This document shows positions 20,539-31,917 of a DNA stretch of 64,000 nt, piece after piece. The notes under the pieces were generated by a model, which was not told the origin of the DNA, did not search any database, and was given only the letters and a program-made list of their open reading frames with translations. Numbering within the stretch: the first letter of the stretch is position 1; each line of letters opens with the position of its first letter. A program made the translations under genes and the position numbers. The stretch covers positions 1,280,001-1,344,000 of the forward strand of contig OZ271854.1 of assembly GCA_965601925.1 (NCBI GenBank), in the 5' to 3' direction. This DNA comes from Alkalispirochaeta sp. (GTDB taxonomy: Bacteria > Spirochaetota > Spirochaetia > DSM-27196 > Alkalispirochaetaceae).

Positions 20539-20892
20539 ATGAGCGACTACCGAGAAGTCTGGGAGACCTACGTTGCATCGTGGAAGGCGCCGTCCGTTGA
20601 ACAAAAGCACGCTTTGTACGAAAGAGCTCTGAGCCCGCAATGCGTGTATACCGATTCCTTGACCCAGAGGCGCGGATGGGACGAACTTCTGGCGTACATG
20701 CGTGAGTTCCACGAGCAAGTACCGGCGGGATACTTCGTCACCGTTGATTTCATGGCGCACCACGACCGGAGCCTCGCACGCTGGGAGATGCACGGCGGGG
20801 ACGGCACGGTCCTGGGCGACGGCACGAGCTACGGCGAGTACGACTCGCAGGGCAAACTCATCTCCATGAACGGCTTTTTCAAGACACCGTAG
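20539..20892 (+). CDS. SnoaL/NTF2-like small protein
   Basis: YVASW, VYTD, ARW, G.LISMNGFF pattern. AAGGAG RBS. Confidence 0.7.
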   Translation: MSDYREVWETYVASWKAPSVEQKHALYERALSPQCVYTDSLTQRRGWDELLAYMREFHEQVPAGYFVTVDFMAHHDRSLARWEMHGGDGTVLGDGTSYGEYDSQGKLISMNGFFKTP

Positions 20893-20906
20893 GAACGGAC
20901 CGCGCG

Positions 20907-21785
20907 ATGGACTACATCGGTCAAGTGCAACGAGGCATCGACTACATCGAGGGGCATCTGAACGAGGACATCGAGCTCGCCGCGGTCTCCCGTGTCGCGG
21001 GAGTGAGCCATTGGCACTATCAGCGCATGTTCAAAGCGCTCACCGGCGAAACGCTCAAGACCTATATTCGCGCCCGGCGCTTCGCCGCCGCGCGCGTTGC
21101 ACTGGTAACCACCGACGCCGGCGTACTCGACATCGCATTGAACGCCGGATTCGACTCCCAAGCGAGTTTCACCCGGGCGTTCAAAAAGGCGTTCGGGGTA
21201 CCTCCCGCGCGGTATCGAACCGGTGGGGACAAGCATCTGTTCATGGAAAAGGTGCGGATCGACGGGGAGTATCTCCAACACATCCACCGGAACATCTCGA
21301 CGGCGCCGGAGATACGTCGCGTTCCGGAGCGCCACATGGTGGGGGCGTCCACGCTCTTCTACAGCGTCGACTCGGAACGCAACAACATCGGCAAAAAAAT
21401 CCCGCCGTTGTGGGACGCCTTCCTGCCGCGCCGGGGAGAGATCGAACGGGCTGTCGCAGGATACTGCTACGGTATCGTCCGCCAGGCCGAGGCGGACAGT
21501 GAACTGTTGGAATATACCGCGGCGATGGAGGTACCGATCGCACCGGACCCGCGTCGCGTGCCGGCCGACATGGTCTACGTAACCATCCCTGAGGCGACTT
21601 ACGCAACGTTCACTCACCGCGGCGCATCGTCTCGCATAGACCAAACGGTCAACTACATCTATTCAGCATGGCTTACGCAATCGGGCCGGCGCCATAGTTA
21701 CGGACCGGACTTGGAGATCTATGACTCCCGCTGGCATCCAACGTCGCCCGATTCGGTCATGGAGTACGCGATTCCGCTCGTGTAG
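20907..21785 (+). CDS. AraC family regulator with GyrI-like effector domain
   Basis: IDYIEGHL, GFDSQASFTRAFKKAFGVPP, YATFTHRG, DLEIYD. Confidence 0.92.
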   Translation: MDYIGQVQRGIDYIEGHLNEDIELAAVSRVAGVSHWHYQRMFKALTGETLKTYIRARRFAAARVALVTTDAGVLDIALNAGFDSQASFTRAFKKAFGVPPARYRTGGDKHLFMEKVRIDGEYLQHIHRNISTAPEIRRVPERHMVGASTLFYSVDSERNNIGKKIPPLWDAFLPRRGEIERAVAGYCYGIVRQAEADSELLEYTAAMEVPIAPDPRRVPADMVYVTIPEATYATFTHRGASSRIDQTVNYIYSAWLTQSGRRHSYGPDLEIYDSRWHPTSPDSVMEYAIPLV

Positions 21786-21806
21786 CGGTCCGTCACGTCG
21801 TCGAGA

Positions 21807-22580
21807 CTATCCCTTTGTCGCCGTTATCACGGCTTCCCGGAGGCTGAAGTACATCGTCGCGTCGTCCCATCGCGGTCGGAAGAGCGTTTCCAACGGAGCG
21901 GGAATGCTTCGCATCATCTCAAGAAGACGCTCCTTCGTCGCGTCGTCGACGTGCTGACGATCGGCCCATTCGTGAAACTCGAACTCTTTGGTCAGTACTC
22001 GGGTCGACCGTACCGTCAGTCCCGCGGCGGCAAACAACGCCGTAAGCTCCACCACATTCAACACGCGATGGTGTGACGGATCACGGAGTGTCTCATACGC
22101 ATTGTAGTATTCTGCCGCAACCGGATCCTCAACGGTGACGTTGTCGGTAAACCCGAGCGTACCTCCCGGTTTCAGAACCCGCGACAGCTCTTCCGCCGCC
22201 GCCCTTTGATTCTCAAAGTGATGAAAGGCGATGCGACACGTAACGATGTCGAACGAATCGTCCGAGAACGGAAGCGCCTCGGCGCGCGCCTGTACGGTCA
22301 CCACGTTTCGAATCGCGCGCTCCTCGGCGAGACGGCGCACCGCTGCAAGCATCTGTTCGGTCACGTCCGAGGCGACGACGGACTCGACGTACCGGGCAAA
22401 GGCGAGGGCGGTGTGGCCCGCACCGGTCGCCACATCGAGCATCCGCCCGCCGCGGGGCTGCACGAGATCGACGAGCAACGAGAGACTCTCTCCCGCGGCG
22501 TGGACATCGCTGGTTGCGTAGAGCTCGGCGGACGGCCCGAACTGCGCCCGTACTCGTTCAATGTGACTGTCGTATTGCAT
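21807..22580 (-). CDS. Class I SAM-dependent methyltransferase
   Basis: [30 protein letters not shown]. Confidence 0.92.
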   Translation of the reverse strand: MQYDSHIERVRAQFGPSAELYATSDVHAAGESLSLLVDLVQPRGGRMLDVATGAGHTALAFARYVESVVASDVTEQMLAAVRRLAEERAIRNVVTVQARAEALPFSDDSFDIVTCRIAFHHFENQRAAAEELSRVLKPGGTLGFTDNVTVEDPVAAEYYNAYETLRDPSHHRVLNVVELTALFAAAGLTVRSTRVLTKEFEFHEWADRQHVDDATKERLLEMMRSIPAPLETLFRPRWDDATMYFSLREAVITATKG

Positions 22581-22753
22581 ACTCGTCTCGCACCGCGTCG
22601 TCTCCGACGCGCGACCGCATCGGCCGGAACGGGGACGACTCCTCGCTATTCAAGGTAGCAAACGCCGACGGTAGACGCCATACGTCGCCGTCGTATATCA
22701 AAAAACGGAGGCGATACCTGTACTACACCCTAGGCGCGTACTACCATTGTAGT

Positions 22754-24325
22754 ATGATCAAGCCACGACGAGGCCTCTCGTCTCGTGCGTTTCGCGAACT
22801 ACTTCTAATGCTGGCGCTATGCGCGCTGTTTTATATACTGACTCGCCCCCACGACCTGGCGGAGACGCTCTTCGCAGCGTTGGCACGAATGGAGGACTAC
22901 GAGGTCGACGAGTTGATTCCGACCGCCCTGTTCGGCCTCGTGTTGTCAATTGTATTTGCCGCGCGGCGGTCGCGGGAGAGCCGGCGCCTCTTACAGGACA
23001 AGTTGGAAACCCACGGCCAGATCGAACAGTTGGCCTATTTCGACGCTCTCACGGGTCTGCCCAACCGCACACTGCTGCTCGACCGGTTGCAACAGGCGAT
23101 AGCCCGTTGTCGTCGCGAAAACGACCAGCTGGCGGTGTTATTCATCGATCTCGACGGCTTTAAAAAGATCAACGACAGTATGGGCCACGTCGGGGGAGAC
23201 AGTTACCTGGTTACCATTTCCGAGCGTCTCGGCGAGCGGCTACGGGCCATGGATACCCTGGCCCGCTTCGGCGGCGACGAGTTTGTCCTTTTGCAAAACG
23301 GTGTCAAGAGCGAAGCGGCGAGTCTACAGTCCGTCGAAAGGGTGCTGTCCATTATCGCGCAGCCGGTAGATCTGGGAGGAAGAGAGGTCAACGGCAGCGC
23401 CAGCATCGGTATCGCCCTCTTTCCTCGCGATGCGCAGGACCGCGATATGCTTCTGAAACACGCCGATATGGCCATGTACCAGGCCAAGCAGGAGGGAAAA
23501 AATCGCTTTCACTTCTACTCCGAAGACCTCAATGTGGCTATGCAACACCAGCTGGAGCTGGAACAACGACTGCACGAGGCGTTGGCACGAGAAGAGCTGA
23601 CCATCGCCTATCAACCCCAGTACGATACGAACAGTCTTGCGTTGATCGGCGTTGAGGCGTTGGTGCGTTGGCCCCAGAGCTACGGTCCGCCCATCCCACC
23701 GTCGGTGTTCATACCCGTAGCCGAGGAGTGCGGCTTGGCGGGCCCCCTGGGCGAGTGGGTCCTTCAGCGCGCGTGCCGGGACGCCCTCCCGTGGGGCGAC
23801 ATCAAACTGTCGGTAAACCTCTCCGCCAAGCAACTCAGCGACGCCGAACTGACCGTCAAAATCGGTACTACTCTTACCGAGACGGGATTTCCCGCCGAGC
23901 GGTTGGAACTGGAGATTACCGAAACCAGTCTGGTAAACGATCTGGCCACCGCACAAAAGGTACTGCAGGACCTCTCGACGATCGGTATAACCATCGCCAT
24001 CGACGACTTCGGCACCGGCTACTGCTCGATCAACTATCTCAAGCAGTACCCGATCAGACGTTTGAAGATAGATAGAAGCTTTGTGGGCGGCGTGGCCGAC
24101 AATAAGCAGGATCGGAAATTGCTCGAGGCGATCATCCAAATGTCGCGCGCCTTCGGAATCCAGACGGTAGCCGAGGGGGTCGAGACCGACCAACAGCTAT
24201 CGTTCCTCCGCGACCACGGATGCCAGTCGATCCAAGGATTCCTCTTGAGTCGACCGGTTCCGCCGGAAGAGATTGTGACGCTCTTAAATGAGGCGGGGCG
24301 CCACAGGCTCGCTGAGGGTGAGTAG
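22754..24325 (+). CDS. Membrane-anchored GGDEF-EAL diguanylate cyclase/phosphodiesterase
   Basis: [43 protein letters not shown], with two N-terminal TM helices. Confidence 0.95.
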   Translation: MIKPRRGLSSRAFRELLLMLALCALFYILTRPHDLAETLFAALARMEDYEVDELIPTALFGLVLSIVFAARRSRESRRLLQDKLETHGQIEQLAYFDALTGLPNRTLLLDRLQQAIARCRRENDQLAVLFIDLDGFKKINDSMGHVGGDSYLVTISERLGERLRAMDTLARFGGDEFVLLQNGVKSEAASLQSVERVLSIIAQPVDLGGREVNGSASIGIALFPRDAQDRDMLLKHADMAMYQAKQEGKNRFHFYSEDLNVAMQHQLELEQRLHEALAREELTIAYQPQYDTNSLALIGVEALVRWPQSYGPPIPPSVFIPVAEECGLAGPLGEWVLQRACRDALPWGDIKLSVNLSAKQLSDAELTVKIGTTLTETGFPAERLELEITETSLVNDLATAQKVLQDLSTIGITIAIDDFGTGYCSINYLKQYPIRRLKIDRSFVGGVADNKQDRKLLEAIIQMSRAFGIQTVAEGVETDQQLSFLRDHGCQSIQGFLLSRPVPPEEIVTLLNEAGRHRLAEGE

Positions 24326-24369
24326 CTGCGACGCCTCATACCGACGGCGTCCGGCGTTGCCGGTACTCG

Positions 24370-24960
24370 TTAGATAGCATGACGCGACACGCCGTCTTCC
24401 CCGGGGGAAGCACCGGGACGGCGCGGGTCCTCGAGTGAGCGCAGCGTCGCATCGCACCACTCGATATGCGCCTCGGCGCTCACCCTACCGTATTCGAGCG
24501 TCGCAACCCAGTAGCGATAACCCGGTTCCGACGAGGCGCGATGGGTAAGTTCGTCCGTGATGCTCCGATACTCGGCAAGCCGCGTTTCGAGGCGAGTCCG
24601 TAGCTCTCGAATCTGAACCAGAAGGTTCGACACGCTCTGCTCATCGCAAAAGAAGAGTTTTAAGAGAAGCTCATTCCTGTCGTGGCGAAGCTCGGAGGTC
24701 GAATCGTTCAACCAAGAGCGCAACTCTACACGTCCCTTGTCCGTGATAGAATACATGCGTCTTCTGCGACCTCCTGAAGGATCTTCGCGAGACGCGACGG
24801 AGCCTTCAGCTTCCAACGCGTTGAGAATGGGATAAATCTGACCGAAGCTCTCGCTCCAAAAATGTCGGACGCTCGCCTCCAAAAACTTGCGGATGCCGTA
24901 TCCCGATGCGTCTTCAATGCTCAACACGCCCAAAACGGCGTGACGGGTCTTCCGTGCCAT
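24370..24960 (-). CDS. PadR family regulator
   Basis: SGYGI, FWSESFGQIYPIL, YSITDKG, ELLLKLFF. Confidence 0.92.
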   Translation of the reverse strand: MARKTRHAVLGVLSIEDASGYGIRKFLEASVRHFWSESFGQIYPILNALEAEGSVASREDPSGGRRRRMYSITDKGRVELRSWLNDSTSELRHDRNELLLKLFFCDEQSVSNLLVQIRELRTRLETRLAEYRSITDELTHRASSEPGYRYWVATLEYGRVSAEAHIEWCDATLRSLEDPRRPGASPGEDGVSRHAI

Positions 24961-25011
24961 ATCGCCATTATATCTGATAGTAACATGGAGACAAATACGG
25001 GTATGTTTGAT

Positions 25012-25035
25012 TTATAGATCTATAAGATATATCTT
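25012..25035. promoter_or_regulatory. Tandem palindromes, candidate PadR operator
   Basis: Perfect palindromes TTATAGATCTATAA (25012-25025) and AAGATATATCTT (25024-25035) in the AT-rich divergent gap. Confidence 0.55.
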
Positions 25036-25159
25036 GAAGCTATAATTATTCGTCTTGCGGTTTGGGCGGTCCACGAACCGTCGGTGCGGCCCGCTTCCGT
25101 GTCGGGTAGACGGCGTCGAACGATCCACCGAAAGCGCGAATAGGAAGAGAGGCACACGC

Positions 25160-26806
25160 ATGAAATCTCGACGTTATGTGACCGCGCTCTATCTCGTTCT
25201 CGGCGCGATTCTCATATACTTTTCAAGCACACGCTGGGCCATACCGATCGCCGCATGGCTGAGCTCGGTGTTCGTCCTGCGCTTTTTTCGCACGAATCAA
25301 CCATTCAAAGCTTTCGTGTCGGCGTGGCTTGTCTCCACACCGGCGGTAGTCCTGGGATATTGGGGAGTCTACCCGGCACCGGTTACGGATTACGTCGTCA
25401 CGATGACGCTCGGCACCTTGATCGGTATGGTCCCCTTCCTCGCCGACCGCCTTATTACGCCGAAACTCTCGGGCATCGCGTCGACCCTGGTACTGCCGGC
25501 TTTCGCGACGAGCCTGGAGTTCCTGAGCTCGCTCAATGCGAACTTCGGCACCTTCGCGTCGGTCGCCTATACCCAAGTGGGAAACGTACGTCTGATGCAA
25601 GTTACCTCAATAGCCGGAATCTGGCCGATCGTCTTTCTCCTCGCGTGGTTTGCATCGAGTGTAAACTACCTCTGGGAACGGGAGTTCCATCTGCGCAGCG
25701 CCCGCGGTGTCGTCGCCTCATTCGTTTGCGTATTCTGCGCCGTTCTTTTCTTCGGAGGTGTTCGCGTCAGTCTTGCGGAGCGTGCCACGATTCACGAGCC
25801 GCGGGATACGGTCAGAATCGCTTCTATCGCATTGGGAACTATGCCGGCGGTCGAGCGTGCGTATGAAGCGTATTTTGGAGAGTCGATCTCCCTTCCGCCG
25901 ACGGTCGATGACGCCGCGCCCGTCCTGCTTCGATCACGAGAGGCGATGGCGGCCTTTTACGACGCCCCCGACGCCGCCCGATTTATGAGAGTTCGCGATG
26001 TGTATCTCTCAATCAACGATCGTCTGCTGGCTATTACGGAGCGGGAAGCGATCGCCGGCGCAAGAATCGTTGCGTGGTCGGAGGCCAATGCTCGAGTGTT
26101 TAATTCCGAAGAGCGAGATGCACTGATATCCCGAGCATCGGACATTGCCTCTCGTCACGACATTTATCTGGTTATGGGTGTGTTATCGCCCGACAATGCA
26201 GTCGGATCAGCGGCTCGTTCCGCCGACAACACGCTAACCGGTTCTGGACGGAGGAGAAATGAGGTGATCGCCGTCGATCCGTCCGGCGAGGTCGTCTTTA
26301 CCTATCTTAAGACGAAACTGGCTCCCGGCGAGGCGAATGTAGCCGGCGACGGCGAGATCCCCGTTATCGAAACGTCCCACGGCCGCCTCGCATCGACGAT
26401 TTGCTGGGACATGGATTTCCCTTCCCTCATTCGACGAGCAGGGCGGCACGGCGCGGATATCATGATCGCTCCCTCCGGAGACTGGGCGGCAATAACGCCG
26501 TGGCACGCCAACATAGCGGCGGTACGCGGTATAGAAAACGGTTTTACCGTCGTTAGACCCGCACGACACGGAGAGCTCTTGGCCACAGACAGTATCGGAG
26601 GCACGGTCGCGCGGCGAAGCTATTTCTCAACTCACGAGCCGGTACTCGTAGCGGACATACCAATACGAGGGAGAAGGACGATCTATACTCGCGTGGGCGA
26701 TTTTTTCGCTCATCTTTGTCTTGTCGGATCAATAGTCTCTATCGTCGTACACATCTACAACTCTCGCCGTCGGACGAGTAAGCATCCGAAGACTATCCGA
26801 CCGTAA
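25160..26806 (+). CDS. Membrane nitrilase-fold protein (apolipoprotein N-acyltransferase-like)
   Basis: Multi-TM N-terminus and an E-K-C triad (WSE, YLKTKL, ICWD), plus RGIENG and TIYTRVGD. Confidence 0.85.
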   Translation: MKSRRYVTALYLVLGAILIYFSSTRWAIPIAAWLSSVFVLRFFRTNQPFKAFVSAWLVSTPAVVLGYWGVYPAPVTDYVVTMTLGTLIGMVPFLADRLITPKLSGIASTLVLPAFATSLEFLSSLNANFGTFASVAYTQVGNVRLMQVTSIAGIWPIVFLLAWFASSVNYLWEREFHLRSARGVVASFVCVFCAVLFFGGVRVSLAERATIHEPRDTVRIASIALGTMPAVERAYEAYFGESISLPPTVDDAAPVLLRSREAMAAFYDAPDAARFMRVRDVYLSINDRLLAITEREAIAGARIVAWSEANARVFNSEERDALISRASDIASRHDIYLVMGVLSPDNAVGSAARSADNTLTGSGRRRNEVIAVDPSGEVVFTYLKTKLAPGEANVAGDGEIPVIETSHGRLASTICWDMDFPSLIRRAGRHGADIMIAPSGDWAAITPWHANIAAVRGIENGFTVVRPARHGELLATDSIGGTVARRSYFSTHEPVLVADIPIRGRRTIYTRVGDFFAHLCLVGSIVSIVVHIYNSRRRTSKHPKTIRP

Positions 26807-26912
26807 CGAGTTACTTGTGTGAGAAAATATGAATTTTGCTCATATTCCACTGCGATATACGATGCTGCGGACTATACTCTTCGTGTGCAATGAGCACTGG
26901 AGGAGCATTCCT

Positions 26913-28661
26913 ATGAACTTGTCACGTAACGCACGACTGATACGGATATCGGTCGCGGTGGGGGCGATCGTAGGCGTCGCCGCATGCGATCTTTTCGTGG
27001 TCGACTCCGCCTCGGAAGCCGATTCGGCAATATCGCGCACGCTTCAGGACTTACCGCGGATCGAGGCGCAACTCCCTTCGAGCCTTGCGGGTGACGGGAG
27101 CGCCGCGTCGGCCTCAATCGGGACGGCTGCAGTCGGTGACGTAGACGAGCTGACCGTGTCCGACCTGCCCGATGTGCGGTCGCAAGCGTGGTACGATATG
27201 AGAGATGCTGCGGGTCTCGACTCATTTACCGAAGCGTTCATCGACGAGCTCCGCGAAATCGGATCCACGCGCGACTTGAGCTTCAACACGGTATATACGA
27301 TCGGCGAGCGCGATTTCCTCGACGGGCGGTATGACTTGGGGCGGTTGAAGATCGGTGGATCGGAGAGCGATATGACGGTGTACTGGTTTGCCAGGCCCTT
27401 TCCCGGATTGAGATTCTGGGCCAAAATCGATATCGCCCGTTCGGGCCAAGAGTGGGCCGTAACGGCCTCGATGAACGAGATCTTCGGCGAGCTGAGCTCT
27501 CAGAGCTACGCATCGTTTGATACAGCGACCAATATTTCGCTCCTCCTGTCGGACAACGTGAATCCCGACGAGACGTCGGGTCCGCCCTCCTATCGAGAAC
27601 TAACCATCGCGGCGCCGAATGCCGACGACTCGCTCACCCTGCTGTCGGCGACCTCCGAAGGAGAGGGGTGGGGAGAGATGCGCATCGGCTGGGGCGACGA
27701 TACTATGGGCGGCGTGCTCAGCATCGGCGAGGAGGACGGAGAAGACTACGCGTCTCGGGACTTCTACAACGGGGACGGGAGTCTCCTCATAGAGAGCCGA
27801 GGAACTACCGATCCACCGAGTGATTTCTCATGGGTCGAGGGCGGCGGCCTCAACTTGGCGAGTGCCGGGTTGGGTCTCGGTGCGCCGCCGGAAACGGTAT
27901 ACGTCTTTTCGGTGTGGGATAACGTAGCGGCAACGGGCTCTCGCTATGTGAGCGTGGACAACTCCTTGGCGACCGGCGGCGATAACGCCGAGATGGTCGT
28001 CGAATACGACGTGTACTACAAAGAAGGGGCACAATGGGAGGCCGGCGACGCGGTCTATTATTGGAACAGCAGCTCGGAGTACAACGACGGCGATCCGAAC
28101 ACCTTCGTCTGGCGAGAAGTATATATGATCGGCTACCAGGTACCGCTGGCGCAACAGGTTTTCGGCGGTACGTACTACTTCGAGGATCGCTATCCGATCA
28201 AACATCTACTACCGTTGACCGGCGCCTACGCCGGTAACTCGATAAAACGCGAGGAGGGCGAAACGTTCTCGGGCTCGTGGCAGGACGACGAGGGCCAAGA
28301 GTACACCTGGTCGTGGACCGATTATCGGTACTTCATCGACGTCAATGACGACGATGTGTTCAACGAAGACGGCCAGAATCCCGACGTCCGACTCGAGACC
28401 GTATGGACGAATGAGTTCTGGATTTGGGACACCGAAGCGCTCCGGGAAATCAAGGTGACCGCCCCGGTCGTCACGTCGAGCTCCGGTCGTCTACCCGGTT
28501 ACTTCGGTTTCCGCAGCACCGACCAGGCAATCGTAGATACGGTCACGACACGCATTGATACCATTTTCAACGACGAGTTCGGCGATCTCTCATTCGAGGA
28601 CTATCGCAGCTTCTTGGAAGATCTGGACAGCTTGCCGGCGTTCGACGATGTGGAGTTCTGA
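26913..28661 (+). CDS. Acidic hypothetical lipoprotein
   Basis: GGAGGAG RBS, signal peptide ending VAAC, long open D/E-rich ORF. Confidence 0.75.
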   Translation: MNLSRNARLIRISVAVGAIVGVAACDLFVVDSASEADSAISRTLQDLPRIEAQLPSSLAGDGSAASASIGTAAVGDVDELTVSDLPDVRSQAWYDMRDAAGLDSFTEAFIDELREIGSTRDLSFNTVYTIGERDFLDGRYDLGRLKIGGSESDMTVYWFARPFPGLRFWAKIDIARSGQEWAVTASMNEIFGELSSQSYASFDTATNISLLLSDNVNPDETSGPPSYRELTIAAPNADDSLTLLSATSEGEGWGEMRIGWGDDTMGGVLSIGEEDGEDYASRDFYNGDGSLLIESRGTTDPPSDFSWVEGGGLNLASAGLGLGAPPETVYVFSVWDNVAATGSRYVSVDNSLATGGDNAEMVVEYDVYYKEGAQWEAGDAVYYWNSSSEYNDGDPNTFVWREVYMIGYQVPLAQQVFGGTYYFEDRYPIKHLLPLTGAYAGNSIKREEGETFSGSWQDDEGQEYTWSWTDYRYFIDVNDDDVFNEDGQNPDVRLETVWTNEFWIWDTEALREIKVTAPVVTSSSGRLPGYFGFRSTDQAIVDTVTTRIDTIFNDEFGDLSFEDYRSFLEDLDSLPAFDDVEF

Positions 28662-28677
28662 GCTATCGATGAACAAA

Positions 28678-28698
28678 GGGCCGTCGATACGGCTCTTT
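28678..28698 (+). terminator. Possible intrinsic terminator
   Basis: GGGCCGT-cgat-ACGGCTC hairpin followed by TTT, just after the lipoprotein stop codon. Confidence 0.4.
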
Positions 28699-28851
28699 GT
28701 GTGCTCACACACAACGACATGAGTGTTTCCGTCCCGGGCCCGGCCCTCACTCACGAAGCCCATTCACGGCCCGCGCCCGGGGCTCCACATGAGCCCCCAG
28801 CACAAGTGTGAAAATCATCTCACGGTCGGAGGCCCCCCCGTTGCGCTTGAA

Positions 28852-29670
28852 CTACGAGACTTCTATGGGAGTATCCGTATCGTTACCCCATTCTAACCAG
28901 GAACCGGCATAGTTGCTCACGGTTTTATACCCCAGCAGTCTCAGCGTGAAGTAACTATGGGAAGACCGCGATCCCGAACGGCAGTAGACCAACACGTGGC
29001 TATCTTTTTTTACTCCCCGTTCTTCATAGAGCGTCGATAACTCCGCAAGGTCGCGAAAGGTCGGATCGAAGAGATCGTTGATATGATTTTGCCAATCGAC
29101 GTGAACGGCTCCGGGAATGTGACCGTCCCGTGCCGCCGTTTGGGTCCTACCCTCGAACTCTTCTACGGTTCTGGCGTCTACGATGACGGCATCGGGCGAC
29201 GCCATGGCGGCATACACGTCGGATTTATCGGCAACGATGCCTTCCTGAATCTCCGCATCGTACCGTTTGGCTGTCGGGTTGGGCTCTCCGCGTTCCAGCG
29301 GCAACCCGAGCTCCCTCCACCGTATGATGCCGCCATTGAGAAGGGCGACGTGCTTGTGGCCCAGCTTTTTCAGAATCCAGAACCACCGGGCCGACGGCAC
29401 CAAACCGGAGTCGTCATAAAAAACGAGAGAAGAGTCCGGTTCGATGCCCGCGGCGCCGATGTTGGACGTTATCTCTTCAAACGGTAGAAGCGCTCCCCGC
29501 TCGGACTGCGGATTCTGCAACTTCGTGATCGGCAAATGGAGGGCGCCGGGAATGTGGTTCTCTACGAACTCAGATGCTCCCCGGGCATCGACGACACAAT
29601 ACTCCCCGGTTCTCAGTCGCTCGGCCAGGATTTCCGGCTCAATCAACAGATCCGTGTTAAAACCCGCCAT
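28852..29670 (-). CDS. Tandem-domain rhodanese/sulfurtransferase (cytoplasmic)
   Basis: HIPGA twice, LLNGG, active loop YCRSGSRS, YAGSWLEW. Confidence 0.93.
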   Translation of the reverse strand: MAGFNTDLLIEPEILAERLRTGEYCVVDARGASEFVENHIPGALHLPITKLQNPQSERGALLPFEEITSNIGAAGIEPDSSLVFYDDSGLVPSARWFWILKKLGHKHVALLNGGIIRWRELGLPLERGEPNPTAKRYDAEIQEGIVADKSDVYAAMASPDAVIVDARTVEEFEGRTQTAARDGHIPGAVHVDWQNHINDLFDPTFRDLAELSTLYEERGVKKDSHVLVYCRSGSRSSHSYFTLRLLGYKTVSNYAGSWLEWGNDTDTPIEVS

Positions 29671-29689
29671 CACATTCCCGCCCGACCAT

Positions 29690-29944
29690 CTATCCTCGTC
29701 GAACCCGCACTACCCAGTGAGACGCTTCCGGCTTATCGATTGCAAGGACCTCATGCCCTTCCTGGTCCAAAGTGTTCGGTACATTGGTTGCCGACTCACT
29801 GTTGCCGAGATGAATCTCCAGTACGTTGCCGCGATCGAGGTCCTCGATAGCCAACTTCGACTTTACCAGAGTGTAGGGGCATACATCACCTTGAAGATCG
29901 ATCACCGCATCAACCGGATTCACGTGGTTTGAGACGTGCGCCAT
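29690..29944 (-). CDS. TusA/YeeD-family sulfur carrier
   Basis: DLQGDVCPY motif, 84 aa. Confidence 0.88.
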   Translation of the reverse strand: MAHVSNHVNPVDAVIDLQGDVCPYTLVKSKLAIEDLDRGNVLEIHLGNSESATNVPNTLDQEGHEVLAIDKPEASHWVVRVRRG

Positions 29945-29953
29945 TTCACACTC

Positions 29954-30850
29954 CTATAGTTCTATGGGCGCGTTGGGATCATTGCCCCACTCCGCCCACG
30001 ATCCGTCATAGAGACGAACCGATTCATGACCGGCGACACGCAGTGCGACGTAGGTATGGGCGCCTCGTACTCCGGTTTGACAGAGGGTAATCACCTCCGT
30101 ATCGATGCGTGCCAGTACGGAGTCGTACAGACTGCTCAAGCCGTCGGTCGTCTTAAACGAGTTATCGGCGGTAAGGTTCTGCGTCCACTCAATATGCAAC
30201 GAGCCGGGAATATGGCCTCCGCGATCCGCTCGTTTGTCCGTACCGTCATACTCGGCCTCGCTCCTGGTGTCGATCACTACAACCGAATCTCGCTCCAACG
30301 TGCTCAAAATGTACTCCTGATCGGCAATCAGGTCGCCCTGCACGTGTGCGGTAAACTCACCCCGTTCAGGAACGCGTGGATTAGTCGACACCTCGAATCC
30401 CGCTTGGGTCCACGATGCGTATCCACCGTCCAATAGATGTACCTGCGTATGGCCCACATACTCCAGCGCCCAAAATAGACGTGACGCCCACAGTCCGTTT
30501 CCGGAGTCGTACACCACCACCGGCTTGTCATGCGAGACTCCCAGATCGGATAGGTCTTGGGCCACCACGTCCGGATCGGGCAACATGCCGTCGATTCCGT
30601 CCACGCTATCCCAAACGATCGCTCTGTCGACAAGCGCGGCGCCGGGAATGTGCCCTGCAAGGAAGTCCTCTTGACTGCGCGCCATGTCCAAAATGGTAAG
30701 GTGCGCCCGATTTTCTTCCACCCACGAGGGATCAACCAAGATAGCCTCCGATGGAGTTCGATGCGCAGGAGCGCCGCACCCCACAACCAATATGCCGAGT
30801 ACCATCGCGGTTATTATAACGCCCCATGTATGTGCTTTGTCATACGCCAT
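29954..30850 (-). CDS. Tandem-domain rhodanese with lipoprotein signal
   Basis: AAGGAGG RBS, hydrophobic leader ending VVGC, HIPGA, CQTGVR, YDGSWAEW. Confidence 0.9.
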   Translation of the reverse strand: MAYDKAHTWGVIITAMVLGILVVGCGAPAHRTPSEAILVDPSWVEENRAHLTILDMARSQEDFLAGHIPGAALVDRAIVWDSVDGIDGMLPDPDVVAQDLSDLGVSHDKPVVVYDSGNGLWASRLFWALEYVGHTQVHLLDGGYASWTQAGFEVSTNPRVPERGEFTAHVQGDLIADQEYILSTLERDSVVVIDTRSEAEYDGTDKRADRGGHIPGSLHIEWTQNLTADNSFKTTDGLSSLYDSVLARIDTEVITLCQTGVRGAHTYVALRVAGHESVRLYDGSWAEWGNDPNAPIEL

Positions 30851-30882
30851 TCCGTCCTCCTTGGTCGCGATTTTGCCGGCAG

Positions 30883-31905
30883 CTACACCGCCGCTCTTTG
30901 AACGCTCAATGCTCTTTCTCGTCGAAACACCAACGCGGTCATGATCCAACAGCCCACCATGATGCTCGCAACGCCGGTAATAGATCCCAGTCCGAGAGAG
31001 GCGATACCGGAAATGCCGTGCCCGATGTTGCAGCCGCCGGCCAGCGATGCGCCCAATCCCATTACCAACCCACCGCCGGTTTGCCGAACGAAGCTCTTTG
31101 GTTCCGGCAACTTCCAGCCCGCCTCACCGTTTGCGGCGGCGGAGAAATACGCTCCCAGCGGAACCCCTACCAGGAGATACAATGGGAGACCTACTCCCGA
31201 GCCGTCGCCGCCGACTAAGAGTCTGGCGAATGCGGCACTCGGTTGCGTAAAGGACAACCCAAAATCGCGTCCGATCAAGGCCGACAGCACCCAGGTTGCC
31301 AACGCCAAGAGCCCCACCGACAAGCCGGTTTGCCTCCAACTCCATCCAATGACGAACTTCTGCTTGGGCGCGCGTATCAGATATACGGCGATGGGAATCA
31401 TGAGCAGCGCTACCACGGTCCACCGACCCCAGACCGAATCAACACCGAATAGATTAAAGAGCGTCGCCTCTCTCCCTTGCACGTCGATCACGGGAGTGCG
31501 GAGCACCCGTTGCATATCACCCAACGCACCGCCGTCCATGGCCGCGGTACCGAAGAGAAAACCGATCAACGCTCCCCACGATCCGAGCATTCCCCTGCCG
31601 GCTCGATAGTAGGTTCCGCTGGCACAGCCGCCGGCCCAGACCATGCCCACACCGAACAGTAGCCCGCCCACGATCAATGCCGGCCAGAAAAATGGAGTCG
31701 TTTGCGGTCGTAAAAAGCCGATATCGGTCGATAGCGTAACGGCGGGAATATTGATCAGAAGCACCAGACACCACGCCTTGAGCGTGCTCCTATCCTCCCC
31801 AAACATGATGCTGCGAAAGGCGGTATTCATACAAAAACCGCCCCGCTGAAGGACCCATCCCAACGCAACGCCGAGTGCGACGCCCCCGAACAACTCTATC
31901 CACAT
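30883..31905 (-). CDS. YeeE/YedE family thiosulfate/sulfur transporter
   Basis: RGGFC, GGCASG and GGCNIGHG: the three conserved Cys motifs, in a multi-TM protein. Confidence 0.92.
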   Translation of the reverse strand: MWIELFGGVALGVALGWVLQRGGFCMNTAFRSIMFGEDRSTLKAWCLVLLINIPAVTLSTDIGFLRPQTTPFFWPALIVGGLLFGVGMVWAGGCASGTYYRAGRGMLGSWGALIGFLFGTAAMDGGALGDMQRVLRTPVIDVQGREATLFNLFGVDSVWGRWTVVALLMIPIAVYLIRAPKQKFVIGWSWRQTGLSVGLLALATWVLSALIGRDFGLSFTQPSAAFARLLVGGDGSGVGLPLYLLVGVPLGAYFSAAANGEAGWKLPEPKSFVRQTGGGLVMGLGASLAGGCNIGHGISGIASLGLGSITGVASIMVGCWIMTALVFRRERALSVQRAAV

Positions 31906-31917
31906 ACGTTTCCACCC